A DNA stretch of 55,961 nucleotides from Macrostomum lignano (lineage: Eukaryota): NCBI GenBank assembly GCA_002269645.1, contig NIVC01004190.1, positions 1-55,961 on the forward strand. Reading direction: 5' to 3'. The position numbers were made by a program, and so were the translations under genes. Of this stretch, positions 1 to 11,929 are shown one piece after another (the first letter of the stretch is position 1; the number at the start of each line of letters is the position of its first letter). The notes beneath the pieces were generated by a model. That model did not search any database, had not been told where the DNA came from, and saw only the letters and a list, made by a program, of their open reading frames with translations.

Positions 1-595
1 TCCTTCCTCTCACTCTCTCCCTTCCTCTCACTCTCTCCCCTTCCTCTCACTCTCTCCCCTTCCTCTCACTCTCTCCCCTTCCTCTCACTCTCGTCCTTCC
101 TCTCACTCTCTCCCCTTCCTCTCACTCTCCCCCTTCCTCTCACTCTCTCCCCTTCCTCTCACTCTCCCCTTCCTCTCACTCTCCCTTCCTCTCACTCTCT
201 CCCCTTCCTCTCACTCTCCCCTTCCTCTCACTCTCTCCCCTTCCTATCACTCTCCCCCTTCCTCTCACTCTCTCCCTTCCTCTCACTCTCTCGCCTTCCT
301 CTCACTCTCTCGCCTTCCTCTCACTCCTCCCTCTTCTCACTCTCTTCCCTTCCTCTCACTCTCTCCCCTTCTCTCACTCTCTCCCCTTCCTCTCACTCTC
401 TCCCCTCTTCTCACTCTCTTCCCTTCCTCTCACTCTCCCCCTTCCTCTCACTCTCTCCCCTTCCTCTCACTCTCTCCCCTTCCTCTCACTCTCCCCCCTC
501 CTCTCACTCTCCCCCCTCCTCTGATTCTCTCCCTTCTCTCACTCTCCCCTTCCTCTCACTCTCTCCCCTCCTCTGATTCTCTCCCCTTCTGTCTG
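1..595. repeat. Pyrimidine-rich (CT) degenerate minisatellite, ~17-20 bp unit like TTCCTCTCACTCTCTCCCC
   Basis: Visible tandem repetition; probably inside an intron of the channel gene. Confidence 0.9.
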
Positions 596-914
596 ACTCG
601 GGGACTCTGCAGATCTCCTTGCAATTTATTTTGATCTCACTGAGAAATCTGTAAGCGATTCCCATCAGCTGTGACCTGCAGGTTTTGCATAAAAAATTAA
701 CATTTTCACACCCTCACCCCATATGTACCAGCCTTCTGTCTTTGAGATCCGTTGCCGTTTATTTAAAAAAACAAGAAATTGGAACAATTTTCGAAGCAAC
801 GAGGAATCAGTCAGATAAAATCTCCCTATCACCGGTTAAAAAGATGAAATTACACTGCCTCTGCTCACCAATAGTTTTACTAGATACCAGTGTAATAAAG
901 AAATTGCATTTCAG

Positions 915-1058
915 ACGGGTACACCACCCATGAGCTGGTGTTCGCGTGGTGTGACCGACCCCAACAAGCGAGTGCAATTCAGCAGCGACCTGCAGCTTCC
1001 GGAGTTCGTCACCCGCCCAACATCACAACCGAGACACGCGTGATTCACTACCTGACAG
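915..1058 (+). CDS. Cys-loop ligand-gated anion channel (GlyR/GluCl-like), extracellular-domain exon
   Basis: Acceptor TTTCAG at 909-914, donor CAG|GTCTGA at 1059. Reads GYTTHELVFAWCDRPNKRVQFSSDLQLPEF, then after a 1-bp shift near 1015 NITTETRVIHYLTG, matching the post-Cys-loop region of GlyR-type subunits. Confidence 0.85.
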
Positions 1059-1077
1059 GTCTGACTGGCCCGTCTGA

Positions 1078-1806
1078 TGTTGGAGCTGACATCTGAGCTG
1101 GCATTAGTGTCTGACATCTGAGCTGGCATTAGTGTCTGACATCTGAGCTGGCATTAGTGTCTGACATCTGAGCTGGTATCAGTGTCTGACATCTGAGCTG
1201 GCATTAGTGTCTGACATCTGAGCTGGTATTAGTGTCTGACATCTGAGCTGGCATTAGTGCCTGACATCTGAGCTGGCATTAGTGTCTGACATCTGAGCTG
1301 GCATTAGTGTCTGACACCTGAGCTGGCATTAGTGTCTGACATCTGAGCTGGCATTAGTGTCTGACATCTGAGCTGGCATTAGTGTCTGACATCTGAGCTG
1401 GCATTAGTGTCTGACATCTGAGCTGGCATTAGTGCCTGACATCTGAGCTGGCATTAGTGTCTGACATCTGAGCTGGCATTAGTGCCTGACATCTGAGCTG
1501 GCATTAGTGTCTGACATCTGAGCTGGCATTAGTGTCTGACATCTGAGCTGGCATTAGTGTCTGACATCTGAGCTGGCATTAGTGTCTGACATCTGAGCTG
1601 GCATTAGTGTCTGACATCTGAGCTGGCATTAGTGTCTGACATCTGAGCTGGCATAAGTGTCTGATATCTGAGCTGGCATTAGTGTCTGACATCTGAGCTG
1701 GCATTAGTGTCTGACATCTGAGCTGGCATTAGTGTCTGACATCTGAGCTGGCATTTGTGCCTGACATCTGAGCTGGCATTAGTGCCTGACATCTGAGCTG
1801 GCATTA
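1078..1806. repeat. Intronic 25-bp minisatellite (CTGAGCTGGCATTAGTGTCTGACAT)n, ~29 copies
   Basis: Period 25 checked (ATCTGAGCTG at 1141 and 1191). Confidence 0.95.
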
Positions 1807-1885
1807 TCTAACATTCTGAAACTGACCTGACTGCCTGACATTCGAGCTGCCAGTCCAGAACCCCTACTCGCCCCTGAACCCGCAG

Positions 1886-2116
1886 GCACCTACTCCTACC
1901 TAGTCGCCACATTTCACCTGAACCGGAAGTCCGGTCGTTCTACCTCATCCAGACCTACATCCCCAGCTTCCTGATCGTCATCCTCAGCTGGGTATCCTTC
2001 TGGATCGACGTACGCGCCGTGCCGGCCCGGATCAGCCTGGGGCTGCTCACGGTGCTCAGCATGACCACTCAGAGCTCCGGGGCGCTGGGCCAGCTGCCAG
2101 GGTGTCCTACATCAAG
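1886..2116 (+). CDS. Cys-loop anion channel exon: loop C, TM1, TM2
   Basis: Acceptor CGCAG 1881-1885. Reads [14 protein letters not shown] / [54 protein letters not shown] / RVSYIK. PAR motif indicates anion selectivity. Frameshifts near 1935 and 2098; donor reads AAG|GCGAGC. Confidence 0.92.
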
Positions 2117-2139
2117 GCGAGCAATTTGAGCAAACTCTT

Positions 2140-2520
2140 ACAGTCCCACTATGAGACTCTCACAGTCTCAATCTAAAACTCTCATAGTCTTAATCTAAGA
2201 CTCTCATAGTCTCAATCTAAGATTTTTACAGTCTCACTATAAGACTCTCACAGTCTCCATCTAAGACTCTCGTAATCTCAATCTAAGACTCATAGTCTCG
2301 ATTTAAGACTCTCACAGTCTCACTCTAAAACTCTCATAGTCTCAATCTAAGACTCTCATAGTCTCACTATAAGACTCTCACAGTCTCAATCTAAAACTCT
2401 CATAGTCTCAATCTAAGACTCTCATAGTCTCACTCTAAAACTCTCATAGTCTCAATCTAAGACTCATAGTCTCGATTTAAGACTCTCACAGTCTCACTCT
2501 AAGACTCTGATAGTCTCCTA
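2140..2520. repeat. Intronic ~22-bp minisatellite (AAGACTCTCATAGTCTCAATCT)n
   Basis: Visible tandem units; each contains the inverted pair AGACT...AGTCT. Confidence 0.9.
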
Positions 2521-2977
2521 GCGATGAGAAAGGCGAGACCACTGTACACCTGTGTGAGCGCATGCGTGCCTAGGGGCCAGCGGAATGGCCCCTGGTCTGC
2601 GGCAGAGCTCAGGGCCTGGCTGACTCACTCGGTCTCTCCATCCAGCCTCACCAAATCAATGAGCCGCGTTTCTCCTTGCAGCCGGGGCTTCAGCACGCCC
2701 TGTGCATGCGGCCTGGCAAATCGATGCGGGCTGTCCAGCCTCTGCAAAGTTGCCGCCGCCAAGCTTGTCAGATCCGCCGCGTCTTTTCAAAGCGTCAAAA
2801 TTTCCCTCATAAAAATTCAATTAGCACCGCAGCCAGTGTTGAAAATTGAGTTGGCTTGGAGCAGAGCTGGGCGGGGAATCGCTGCTTTAATGGCTATGAA
2901 ATATGCATCGCTTGTGAGTCTGGCTGCGCAAATATTCACCTTATTTGCATTGATGTGCTCCGTGGCCCCAGCTGCTC

Positions 2978-3670
2978 CACCTGACTCTCTGCTTATCTCT
3001 CCCTGTCTCCCTGACTCTCTGCTTATCTCTCCCTGACTCTCTGCTTATCTCTCCCTGACTCTGCTTATCTCTCCCTGACTCTGCTTATCTCTCCCTGACT
3101 CTCTGGTTATCTCTACCTGACTCTCTGCTTATCTCTCTCTGACTCTCTGCTTATCTCTCCCTGACTCTCTGGTTATCTCTCTCTGACTCTCTGCTTATCT
3201 CTCCCTGACTCTCTGATTATCTCTCCCTGTCTCTCTGCATATCTCTACCTGACTCTCTGCTTATCTCTCCCTGACTCTCTGGTTATCTCTCCCTGACTCT
3301 CTGGTTATCTCTCCCTGACTCTCTGGTTATCTCTCTCTGACTCTCTGCTTATCTCTCCCTGACTCTCTGATTATCTCTCCCTGTCTCTCTGCATATCTCT
3401 CCCTGACTCTCTGCTTATCTCTCCCCCTGACTCTCTGATTATCTCTCTCTGACTCTCTGCTTATCTCTCCCTGACTCTCCGCTTATCTCTCCCTGACTCT
3501 CTGCATATCTCTCCCTGACTATCTGCTTATCTCTCCCTGATTCTCTGGTTATCTTTACCTGACTATCTGCTTATCTCTCCCTGACTTTGCCTGTCTCACC
3601 CTGACTGCTTATCTCACCCTGACTGCTTATCTCACCCTGACTGCTTATCTCATCCTGACTGCTTATCTCG
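2978..3670. repeat. Intronic ~23-bp minisatellite (CTGACTCTCTGCTTATCTCTCC-type)
   Basis: Visible tandem units, shortening to a ~19-bp variant near 3600. Confidence 0.9.
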
Positions 3671-3863
3671 CCCTGGACTCCGCCTGTTCCACTTGGACTC
3701 ACCTTTTCTTTTCTTTAACTCTCCCTCATGCTTTCATAATTTTACCTTGGCACTCCCATGCCACTGCCTCGCCTTGTCAAACAGGTAATCTTTCTACCCA
3801 CTTGTGTCTCTCAAACCATACCGATCACTGAACCTCTCTCGGCGCTGCCCCCCCCCCATCCAG

Positions 3864-4039
3864 GCCATCGACGTGTGGATGTCCACCTGCCTGGTGTTCG
3901 TGTTCGGCGCCCTGATCGAGTACGCCATCGCCAATGTGCTGGCCCGCAGCCAGAGCCCCTGGAGCGCTGGGAGAGCCTGCAGAGGGCGCTGGACCTGGCC
4001 GGCGAGGCGCGGCCGAACGGGGAAGCCTTGGCTGAACAG
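3864..4039 (+). CDS. Cys-loop anion channel exon: TM3 and start of intracellular loop
   Basis: CAG|GCC ATC GAC gives [28 protein letters not shown], then after a 1-bp shift near 3946 [31 protein letters not shown]; donor CAG|GTGGGG at 4040. Confidence 0.9.
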
Positions 4040-4057
4040 GTGGGGAATCTGATTTCC

Positions 4058-4450
4058 TGATGTCCTTGAATGTGTCCTGATGTCCTTGAATGTTTCTAGG
4101 TGTCCTTGAATGTGTCCTGATGTCCTTGAATGTGTCCTGGTATCCTTGAAGGTGTCCTGGTATCCTTGAAGGTGTCCTGGTATCCTTGAATGTGTCCTGG
4201 TATCCTTGAATGTGTCCTGGTATCCTCGAATGTGTCCTGGTGTCCTTGAATGTGTCCTGGTATCCTTGAAGGTGTCCTGGTATCCTTAAAGGTGTCCTGG
4301 TGTCCCACAGTGGGTCTTGAAGTCACTGAGGGTGTTCTGTCCCCCGGGACAGCCCTGCAGCTAAGAGGGTGTTCTGTTTGTGCCCTGAGTGTGTCTGGAT
4401 GTCGTTGAATGTGTCCTGGTGTCCCTGAGTGGGTCTTTATGTCACCGAGT
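4058..4450. repeat. Intronic 20-bp minisatellite (GTGTCCTGRTGTCCTTGAAT)n
   Basis: Same family and orientation as the array at 5768-7365. Confidence 0.9.
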
Positions 4451-4503
4451 GTGTCCTAATATCTCTGAAGATATTGAGATATTGAGTCTTCTTCCCAACT
4501 CAG

Positions 4504-4809
4504 CCGCCAGACTCGATCCCGTTGACCTTCGTGAATCGCCGAGCGGCCGCCTCGAGATCTGAGGGGCCGATCGGCCAGCCGCCGGGCAGCCCCAGCACCC
4601 GGCATCGCCTGCTCACTACGAGTCCTTCAAACCGGCCGTCGCAGCGGCATTTTCAAAGAATCTCGCCTGCAATCGACGGAGAGGAGGATCAGGAGATGAC
4701 TTCGAGCAGGGCGGAGATGATCGACAAGGTGTCCAGGACAGCCTTCCCCGTGTCATTTGCACTGTTTAACCTGGGCTACTGGGTTTATTACGTGTACATT
4801 GCCGAGTAG
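4504..4809 (+). CDS. Cys-loop anion channel terminal exon with TM4
   Basis: Acceptor CAG 4501-4503 in frame with ORF 4522-4809; ends IDKVSRTAFPVSFALFNLGYWVYYVYIAE*, a typical GlyR/GABA-R TM4. Confidence 0.92.
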   Translation, partial: PPDSIPLTFVNRRAAASRSEGPIGQPPGSPSTRHRLLTTSPSNRPSQRHFQRISPAIDGEEDQEMTSSRAEMIDKVSRTAFPVSFALFNLGYWVYYVYIAE

Positions 4810-4981
4810 GAAAGTCCGGAGCAAGTCAACTACTTCAATAAACGAAACTGCAATTTTCCTACTGTTAGTAGTAGCGTTCTGCTGAAGCCATAGATAAAAA
4901 ACTCTAATAATTTCTGGTATATGTGGCTGAAGCTGAAAATTAGTTCCGTCAAAACTATTTACATGTAAAATCATAGCCTCC

Positions 4982-5428
4982 AACAGCTGACACAGTCCCA
5001 TCTCCCAACAGGTGACACAGTCCCATCTACAACAGGTGACACAGTCCCATCTCCCAACAGGTGACACAGTCCCATCTCCCAACAGGTGACACAGTCCCAT
5101 CTACAACAGGTGACACAGTCCCATCTCCCAACAGGTGACACGAATCTATCCAACAGGTGACACAAACCTATCCAACAGGTGACACAAACCTATCCAACAG
5201 GGGACACAAATCTATCCAACAGGTGACACAAACCTATCCAGCAGGTGACACAAACCTATCCAACAGGTGACACAAACCTATCCAACAGGTGACACAAACC
5301 TATCCAGCAGGTGACACAAACCTATCCAACAGGTGACACAAACCTATCCAACAGGTGACACGAATCTATCCAACAGGTGACACAAACTTATCCAACAGGT
5401 GACACAAACTTTTCCAACAGGTGACACG
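4982..5428. repeat. 22-25 bp minisatellite with a CAACAGGTGACAC core
   Basis: First half uses ...AGTCCCATCT..., second half ...AAACCTATC... Confidence 0.9.
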
Positions 5429-5767
5429 CGTTTAAGAAGTAATGTAAATTGTATCTATTCCAATTATAGTAACTCCCCCAAGATTCCCCCAAGTTTTTAA
5501 TTGTTTAGAATGATACTGTGTAATCTTGATTAAACTGCTCTCGCCCTTTGGCTTCAGCATTCATCATCTCTTACTCAACTGCTGTTGCTTATTGACTAAG
5601 AAATATACTCGATAAGCTGCTGCTGCGTCTGTAAATCCAACAGGTAGGTTATGGGCTCAGCATGATTCCATTGTGCATAAGCGGTAGCTGATTCAGAAGC
5701 CTTGCTCCGACGGAGAATAAGCTTGTTCTCGACACAAACTGTCCGAGGAAATGGCGGATGGTGTCTG

Positions 5768-7365
5768 AATGTGTCCTGGTGTCCTTGAATATGTCCTGAT
5801 GTCCTTGAATATGTCCTGATGTCCTTGAATATGTCCTGGTGTCCTTGAATATGTCCTGATGTCCTTGAATATGTCCTGATGTCCTTGAATATGTCCTGGT
5901 GTCCTTGAATATGTCCTGATGTCCTTGAATGTGTCCTGATGTCCACGAATGTGTCCTGGTGTCTTTGAATGTGTCCTGGTGTCCTTGAATGTGTCCTGGT
6001 GTCCTTGAATATGTCCTGATGTCCTTGAATGTGTCCTGATGTCCACGAATGTGTCCTGGTGTCTTTGAATGTGTCCTGGTGTCCTTGAATGTGTCCTGAT
6101 GTCCTTGAATGTGTCCTGATGTCTTTGAATATGTCCTGATGTCCTTGAATGTGTCCTGGTGTCCTTGAATGTGTCCTGGTGTCCTTGAATGTGTCCTGGT
6201 ATCCTTGAATATGTCCTGGTGTCCACGAATGTGTCCTGGTGTCTTTGAATGTGTCCTGATGTCCTTGAACATGTCCTGATGTCTTTGAATGTGTCCTGAT
6301 TTCCTTGAATGTGTCCTGGTGTCCTTGAATGTGTCCTGGTGTCCTTGAATGTGTCCTGGTGTCTTTGAATGTGTCCTGGTGTCCTTGACTATGTCCTGAT
6401 GTCCTTGAATGTGTCCTGATGTCCTTGAATGTGTCCTGATGTCCTTGAATATGTCCTGATGTCCTTGAATGTGTCCTGGTGTCCTTGAATGTGTCCTGGT
6501 GTCCTTGAATGTGCCCTGGTGTCCTTGAATATGTCCTGGTGTCTTTGAATGTGTCCTGGTGTCCTTGAATGTGTGCTGATGTCCTTGAATGTGTCCTGAT
6601 GTCCTTGAATATGTCCTGATGTCCTTGAATGTGTCCTGGTGTCCTTGAATGTGTCCTGGTGTCCTTGAATGTGTCCTGATGTCCTTGAATGTGTCCTGGT
6701 GTCCTTGAATATGTCCTGATGTCCTTGAATATGTCCTGATGTCCTTGAATATGTCCTGGTGTCCTTGAATATGTCCTGATGTCCTTGAATGTGTCCTGAT
6801 GTCCACGAATGTGTCCTGGTGTCTTTGAATGTGTCCTGGTGTCCTTGAATGTGTCCTGGTGTCCTTGAATATGTCCTGGTGTCGACGAATGTGTCCTGGT
6901 GTCTTTGAATGTGTCCTGGTGTCTTTGAATGTGTCCTGGTGTCTTTGAATGTGTCCTGGTGTCCTTGAATGTGTCCTGGTGTCCTTGAATGTGTCCTGGT
7001 GTCCTTGAATATGTCCTGGTGTCGACGAATGTGTCCTGGTGTCTTTGAATGTGTCCTGATGTCCTTGAATATGTCCTGATGTCCTTGAATGTGTCCTGAT
7101 GTCCTTGAATGTGTCCTGGTGTCCTTGAATATGTCCTGATGTCCTTGAATGTGTCCTGATGTCCTTGAATGTGTCCTGATTTCCTTGAATATGTCCTGAT
7201 GTCCTTGAATATGTCCTGATGTCCTTGAATATGTCCTGGTGTCCTTGAATATGTCCTGGTGTCCTTGAACATGTCCTGATGTCCTTGAATATGTCCTGAT
7301 GTCCTTGAATATGTCCTGGTGTCCTTGAATATGTCCTGATGTCCTTGAATGTGTCCTGGTGTCCT
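5768..7365. repeat. 20-bp minisatellite (GTGTCCTGRTGTCCTTGAAT)n, ~80 copies
   Basis: Visible tandem array; explains the 558/385/177-aa minus-strand pseudo-ORFs. Confidence 0.97.
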
Positions 7366-7389
7366 TTGGTGGGAAGCGGAAGTGGAGTG

Positions 7390-8735
7390 ACTATACCTGG
7401 AAGATTCAGGGTTTTGGGGGAGTCATCGACGGTTGATCATAGCTCGTATCCGCTATATGAAGGAGCTGACCGACAAACTGGTCTCTATCAACGGACCTGA
7501 CAGTGAAGAGGACCAAGTGGTCATGCTGCTCAGCAGTCTGCCCGAGAACTACTCTACCTTGGTTACTAGGCTACAGGTGATTCACCAAGCACGCATCAAC
7601 GAGGAGCAAAAGCGGAGTCAATTAGATGAGCGAGGGTTTGGAGGTGGAGAATCTGCACTGAAGGTCCAAAAAGGCCAAGGGCTGCCACGTCGTGCAGTCA
7701 AATGTTTTGCTTGAGGAAAAATTGGTCACGTGGCCCATCGAGCTGTCAAGACAAGTCATTCAGGAGGATTTAAAAAGACCTTCAAGGACCAGCTGCCAAA
7801 ACAGCCGAAACCTCACTTGATGATGACGCATCTAAAAGCTGCAACGAGACATTCTTTGTGTCTCCCATCAAGACCAGATCTGACATATCCAACTGGATAA
7901 TTTGACTCGGATCGTCCTGCCACACTACATACTCTAGAGAGCTACTAGTCAACTACAACCTGTTTGCGCGACCTGAACGGGTCAGCCTAGGTGATGGTTG
8001 AACAGTCGCAGCGGCCTGCGGCAGCGGTCAAGTAAAACTCAGTATGCTCCTGCCACATGACAAACAAGCGTTTCAAGACTGCTGCGACGGATGTACTTCT
8101 AGTGCCTCGGCTGTCGTGCACGTGTTTAGTGTACGAGCTAGCAAAGGATAAAGGCGACATATTGCTGTCGATTCACCACAAGGTGCCACAAGTGCAACTT
8201 TATGGCACCAGCGTCTTGGTCCTGTCAGCGAGCACCAACAAAATAAAATGAGCAAAAGCCAACTAGTGAGTAGCATCTGCAAGTTGCAGACTGCATAAGT
8301 AGACAGCTTGGAACTTGAGCTCAAGATAACAGAACCGACACCACGTCAACAAGAACAGGAACAGTTAGTGTCGACAGAAACTGATCAGAAGCGATATCCT
8401 CAATGTGGGAGATCTCCCGACCGTCCCAGATATGAAGGCGCAAAAGTGGCACCTGAGACCGAACACTGCGTTCAGAATGACCGAAATTATCGAACCAACA
8501 GAGATCGACGAAGCCCTGAAAGCTGACTACGCGAAGCAATGGAAAACTGCCGCTGAATCAGAATTCAGTTAATTCCCTGATGGAGAATGAAACCGGGATC
8601 AAATGGATCTCAAAGGTCAAGCATCACGGCGATGACAAGGTGGATCGCTTTAAGGGACGACTTGTAGCCGAGGGCTACTTACAGAAGTTCAGCGTAGATT
8701 ATGAGAAGACCTTCGCACCAGTTGTAAGAGCATTG
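7390..8735 (+). mobile_element. Degenerate, internally deleted Ty1/copia LTR retrotransposon (gag-protease-RT fragments)
   Basis: Gag-like EEDQVVMLLSSLPENYSTLVT; broken zinc knuckle KCFA*GKIGH (~7700-7740); protease-like WII/DSG..SCH (~7895-7925); RT N-terminus KWISKVKHHGDDKVDRFKGRLVAEGYLQKFSVDYEKTFAPVVR (~8600-8730). Stops and frameshifts; no integrase core or LTRs recognised. Confidence 0.88.
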
Positions 8736-9869
8736 CTATCTTCGAGTTCCATCTTTTAATCAAAGTTCTGACAGGTCTTTTTGAAAAAATCTACTCGAAA
8801 AATTGCAGGCCAAAAAAACTTTGAAATTAGAATGGCACAAATTTAAAATTGCTCTTCTTAGAATTAACAAGCTTTATTTATAATCAATTGAACTCGTTTT
8901 TAACGAATCAACAGTGAAAGCGGACAAGTACAAGAAGCACTTTTTTGACACTCCCAGACCCGATAAAGTTCTGATAAAAGAGCTCGCGCGCTAGTATAGA
9001 TTTGCAACATGCACAAAATACTTTTGCTCAATTGAGAACATCTACAACGAAAGGCTGGATACAGGTTGTTGCTAAAAAAACAGTTCTTTGGTAGCTCGAT
9101 GAGGTTCGCAAAAATGAATGCGCAAAATATTCTGCTCTGAGAGACCGCCCGGGAGCGATGAGAAAGATTTGCTTGCGGCAGCGCTGGCGAGGCCGGGCAT
9201 GAGAAAGACTGGAGAAGAGCTGGAGATGAGCCGCGAAATTGATTATGAGTGAGAAAGATCAGGTTGAGAGCGTGAGAAAGATGAGATTACGGAGGTGAGA
9301 AAGATGAGATCAAGGACGTGAGAAAGAGACAGGTGCGGGAAGACGAGCACGAGAATAATTACTTAAGAGATTACAAAGCGAAGCGGCTACCAGCCAGATA
9401 AAATAACAAGAAAGATTCAGGTACACAGCAGGACAAAAATATAACACAGACTTCGGCAATTAAAAAATAATTTACCAATAATAAATAGATGAACCGCAGG
9501 AGCGCAATTATTAACACAGAACACTTTTTGGCGCGCAGGTCACACAAAATAATATTAAAATGATTTTTAATCTTTAAACAACCAACTCCAAAATTACCCA
9601 GCAAGCAGCTTTAATTTATCTCGCAATTGGAGAGGCCAATAGAGATTGCGACGAAGCACTGAGAGACACAAGCGAGACAGAGAGGCGTCTGCCATAATCA
9701 TAGTGTGTTGCCACAATCGCAATTTATTATTGGCCTGCATGAACGCCATCTTAGCTGAATAAATAGAGGTAGCCATCAGAAAGACAATCATACTCATGAT
9801 GGAATCCGACGGTTCATGATTGAGCACTCGAAAAACCCACATTGGTCAGCTCATTTTTTGTACACTGGG

Positions 9870-10545
9870 CACTATATACATCCTACATTGAGCACTCCAT
9901 GTATCGCAGATTGAGCACTCCATGTATCCCAGATTGAGCACTCCATATATCCCAAATTGAGCACTCAATATATTCCAGATTGAGCACTCCATATATCCCA
10001 GATTGAGCACTCCATATATCCCAGATTGAGCACTCCATATATCCCAGATTGAGCACTCCATATGTCCCAGATTGAGCACTCAATATATTCCAGATTGAGC
10101 ACTCAATATATCCCAGATTGTGGCACTCAATATATTCCAGATTGAGCACTCCATATGTCCCAGATTGGGCACTCCATATATCCCAGATTGAGCACTCAAT
10201 ATATCCCAGATTGAGCAGTCAATATATCCCAGATTGTGGCACTCAATATATCCCAGATTGAGCACTCCATATATCCCAGATTGAGCACTCCATATATCCC
10301 AGATTGAGCACTCCATATATCCCAGATTGAGCACTCCATATATCCCAAATTGAGCACTCCATATATCCCAGATTGAGCACTCCATATATCCCAGATTGAG
10401 CACTCCATATATCCCAAATTGAGCACTCCATATATCCCAGATTGAGCACTCCATATATCCCAGATTGAGCACTCCATATATCCCAGAGTAATCACTCCAT
10501 ATATCCCATATTGGGCACTCCATACATCCCATATTGGGCACTGCA
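9870..10545. repeat. 23-bp minisatellite (CCCAGATTGAGCACTCCATATAT)n
   Basis: Period 23 checked (10261/10284). Confidence 0.95.
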
Positions 10546-11119
10546 AACCTGGGCACTCACTCTGGCTCCTGTTCAAGCTGAATAAACTTACAAAAACAGT
10601 CCAATGTGTCAGCAATTTACAACAATATACAATACAAACTGTAGCAATAAAATTAAACACAAAAAAGCAATAAACACAATTTATAAACAGGCGCATGGGG
10701 TTACAATGAGCAGAATTTTGCACACTGTGATTTCCCAAACAGAAGCCGCTTCAACAAAAGATACCTGGTACAATTAAATATATGAAAAACAGACTATGGA
10801 AGGCTTGCAGCCAATATCCATTCTTTCATGATTTTCTGCACAGCACGAAAAGCAAGCGCTTTAATAAACAACGAAAACTACAAAAAATACCAGAAATCGC
10901 TTGAGTAAAGATAACAAATGGTTGAATTTTATTGGCTAATAATACTTGGGATTTGCTAAAATACAGATCGACAATGACAGAACTGATTTCCCTGAATGAC
11001 AAAGCGACTAAGCAGAGAATTTGCCCGCTTAACAAAAATATGCGTCCTCAATACACGGTGCTTACGAACTTTAAATGATACGAGTACTTTACAGCTGGGG
11101 AATTTGTCTCTGTATAAAC

Positions 11120-11600
11120 ATCGTTCCTCAGCCAATCAGCGACTGTCTTCTATCCCACCCACTCCTTGAACCTGTCCTCAGCCAATCAGCAACCGTCTCC
11201 TATTCCACACACTCCTTGAACCTGTCCTCAGCCAATCAGCGACCGTCTCCTATTCCACACACTCCTTGAACCTGTCCTCAGCCAATCAGCGACCGTCTTC
11301 TGTCCCACACACTCCTTGAACCTATCCTCAGCCAATCAGCAACCGTCTCCTATTCCACACACTCCTTGAACCTGTCCTCAGCCAATCAGCGACCGTCTTC
11401 TATCCCACCCACTCCTTGAACCTGTCCTCAGCCAATCATCTAATCGTCTCCTATCCCACACACTCCTTGAACCTGTCCTCAGCCAATCAGCGACCGTCTC
11501 CTATTCCACCCACTCCTTGAACCTGTCCTCAGCCAATCAGCGACCGTCTTCTGTCCCACACACTCTTTGAACCCGTCCTCAGCCAATCATCCAATCGTCT
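11120..11600. repeat. 50-bp minisatellite, ~10 copies, each with an AGCCAATCA(G) CCAAT box
   Basis: Unit CTCCTTGAACCTGTCCTCAGCCAATCAGCGACCGTCTCCTATTCCACACA. Confidence 0.93.
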
Positions 11601-11801
11601 TCTACCCCGAACGTGTTGCTAACCACACGAAATTATCGAATTTTAAAACTCGTTAAAGAGATAAGAACTCTGATAAAATACTGCAGCTAACAGCAAGCAA
11701 AATTGAGACTTACAAGGCGAAAACGAAACAATGTATAAAATAAACTCAGTGAATTTGTAACACACTAAACCAGCATCTTCACCAGAGGATCCAAAAGTTG
11801 C

Positions 11802-11831
11802 TCAGGGAGTCGACTTGCCGGGGTCCGCAAC
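11802..11831 (-). CDS. cic: Capicua, predicted terminal coding exon (VADPGKSTP*)
   Basis: Minus-strand acceptor TTCTGCAG then GTT GCG GAC CCC GGC AAG TCG ACT CCC TGA; phase 0 matches the preceding donor. Supported by splice logic only. Confidence 0.55.
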   Translation of the reverse strand, partial: VADPGKSTP

Positions 11832-11929
11832 CTGCAGAAGTTTAATAATATTCAAAATTTTTGCTGCTTTAAAAAGCGCACTGGCTTGTATGCAGGCTGG
11901 CTCAGTATACGGGGTATATGGGTAGGGTC

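Noticed and set aside
5596-7272. 558/385/177-aa minus-strand ORFs and their unique tail at 5596-5760
   Set aside because: Translations of a 20-bp array; the tail is open in two frames with no recognisable motif.
9371-11035. Hydrophobic minus-strand ORFs suggesting a multi-pass membrane protein
   Set aside because: The minus strand is T-rich, so alternative frames are also hydrophobic; stops intervene and the needed acceptor would be non-canonical GAG.
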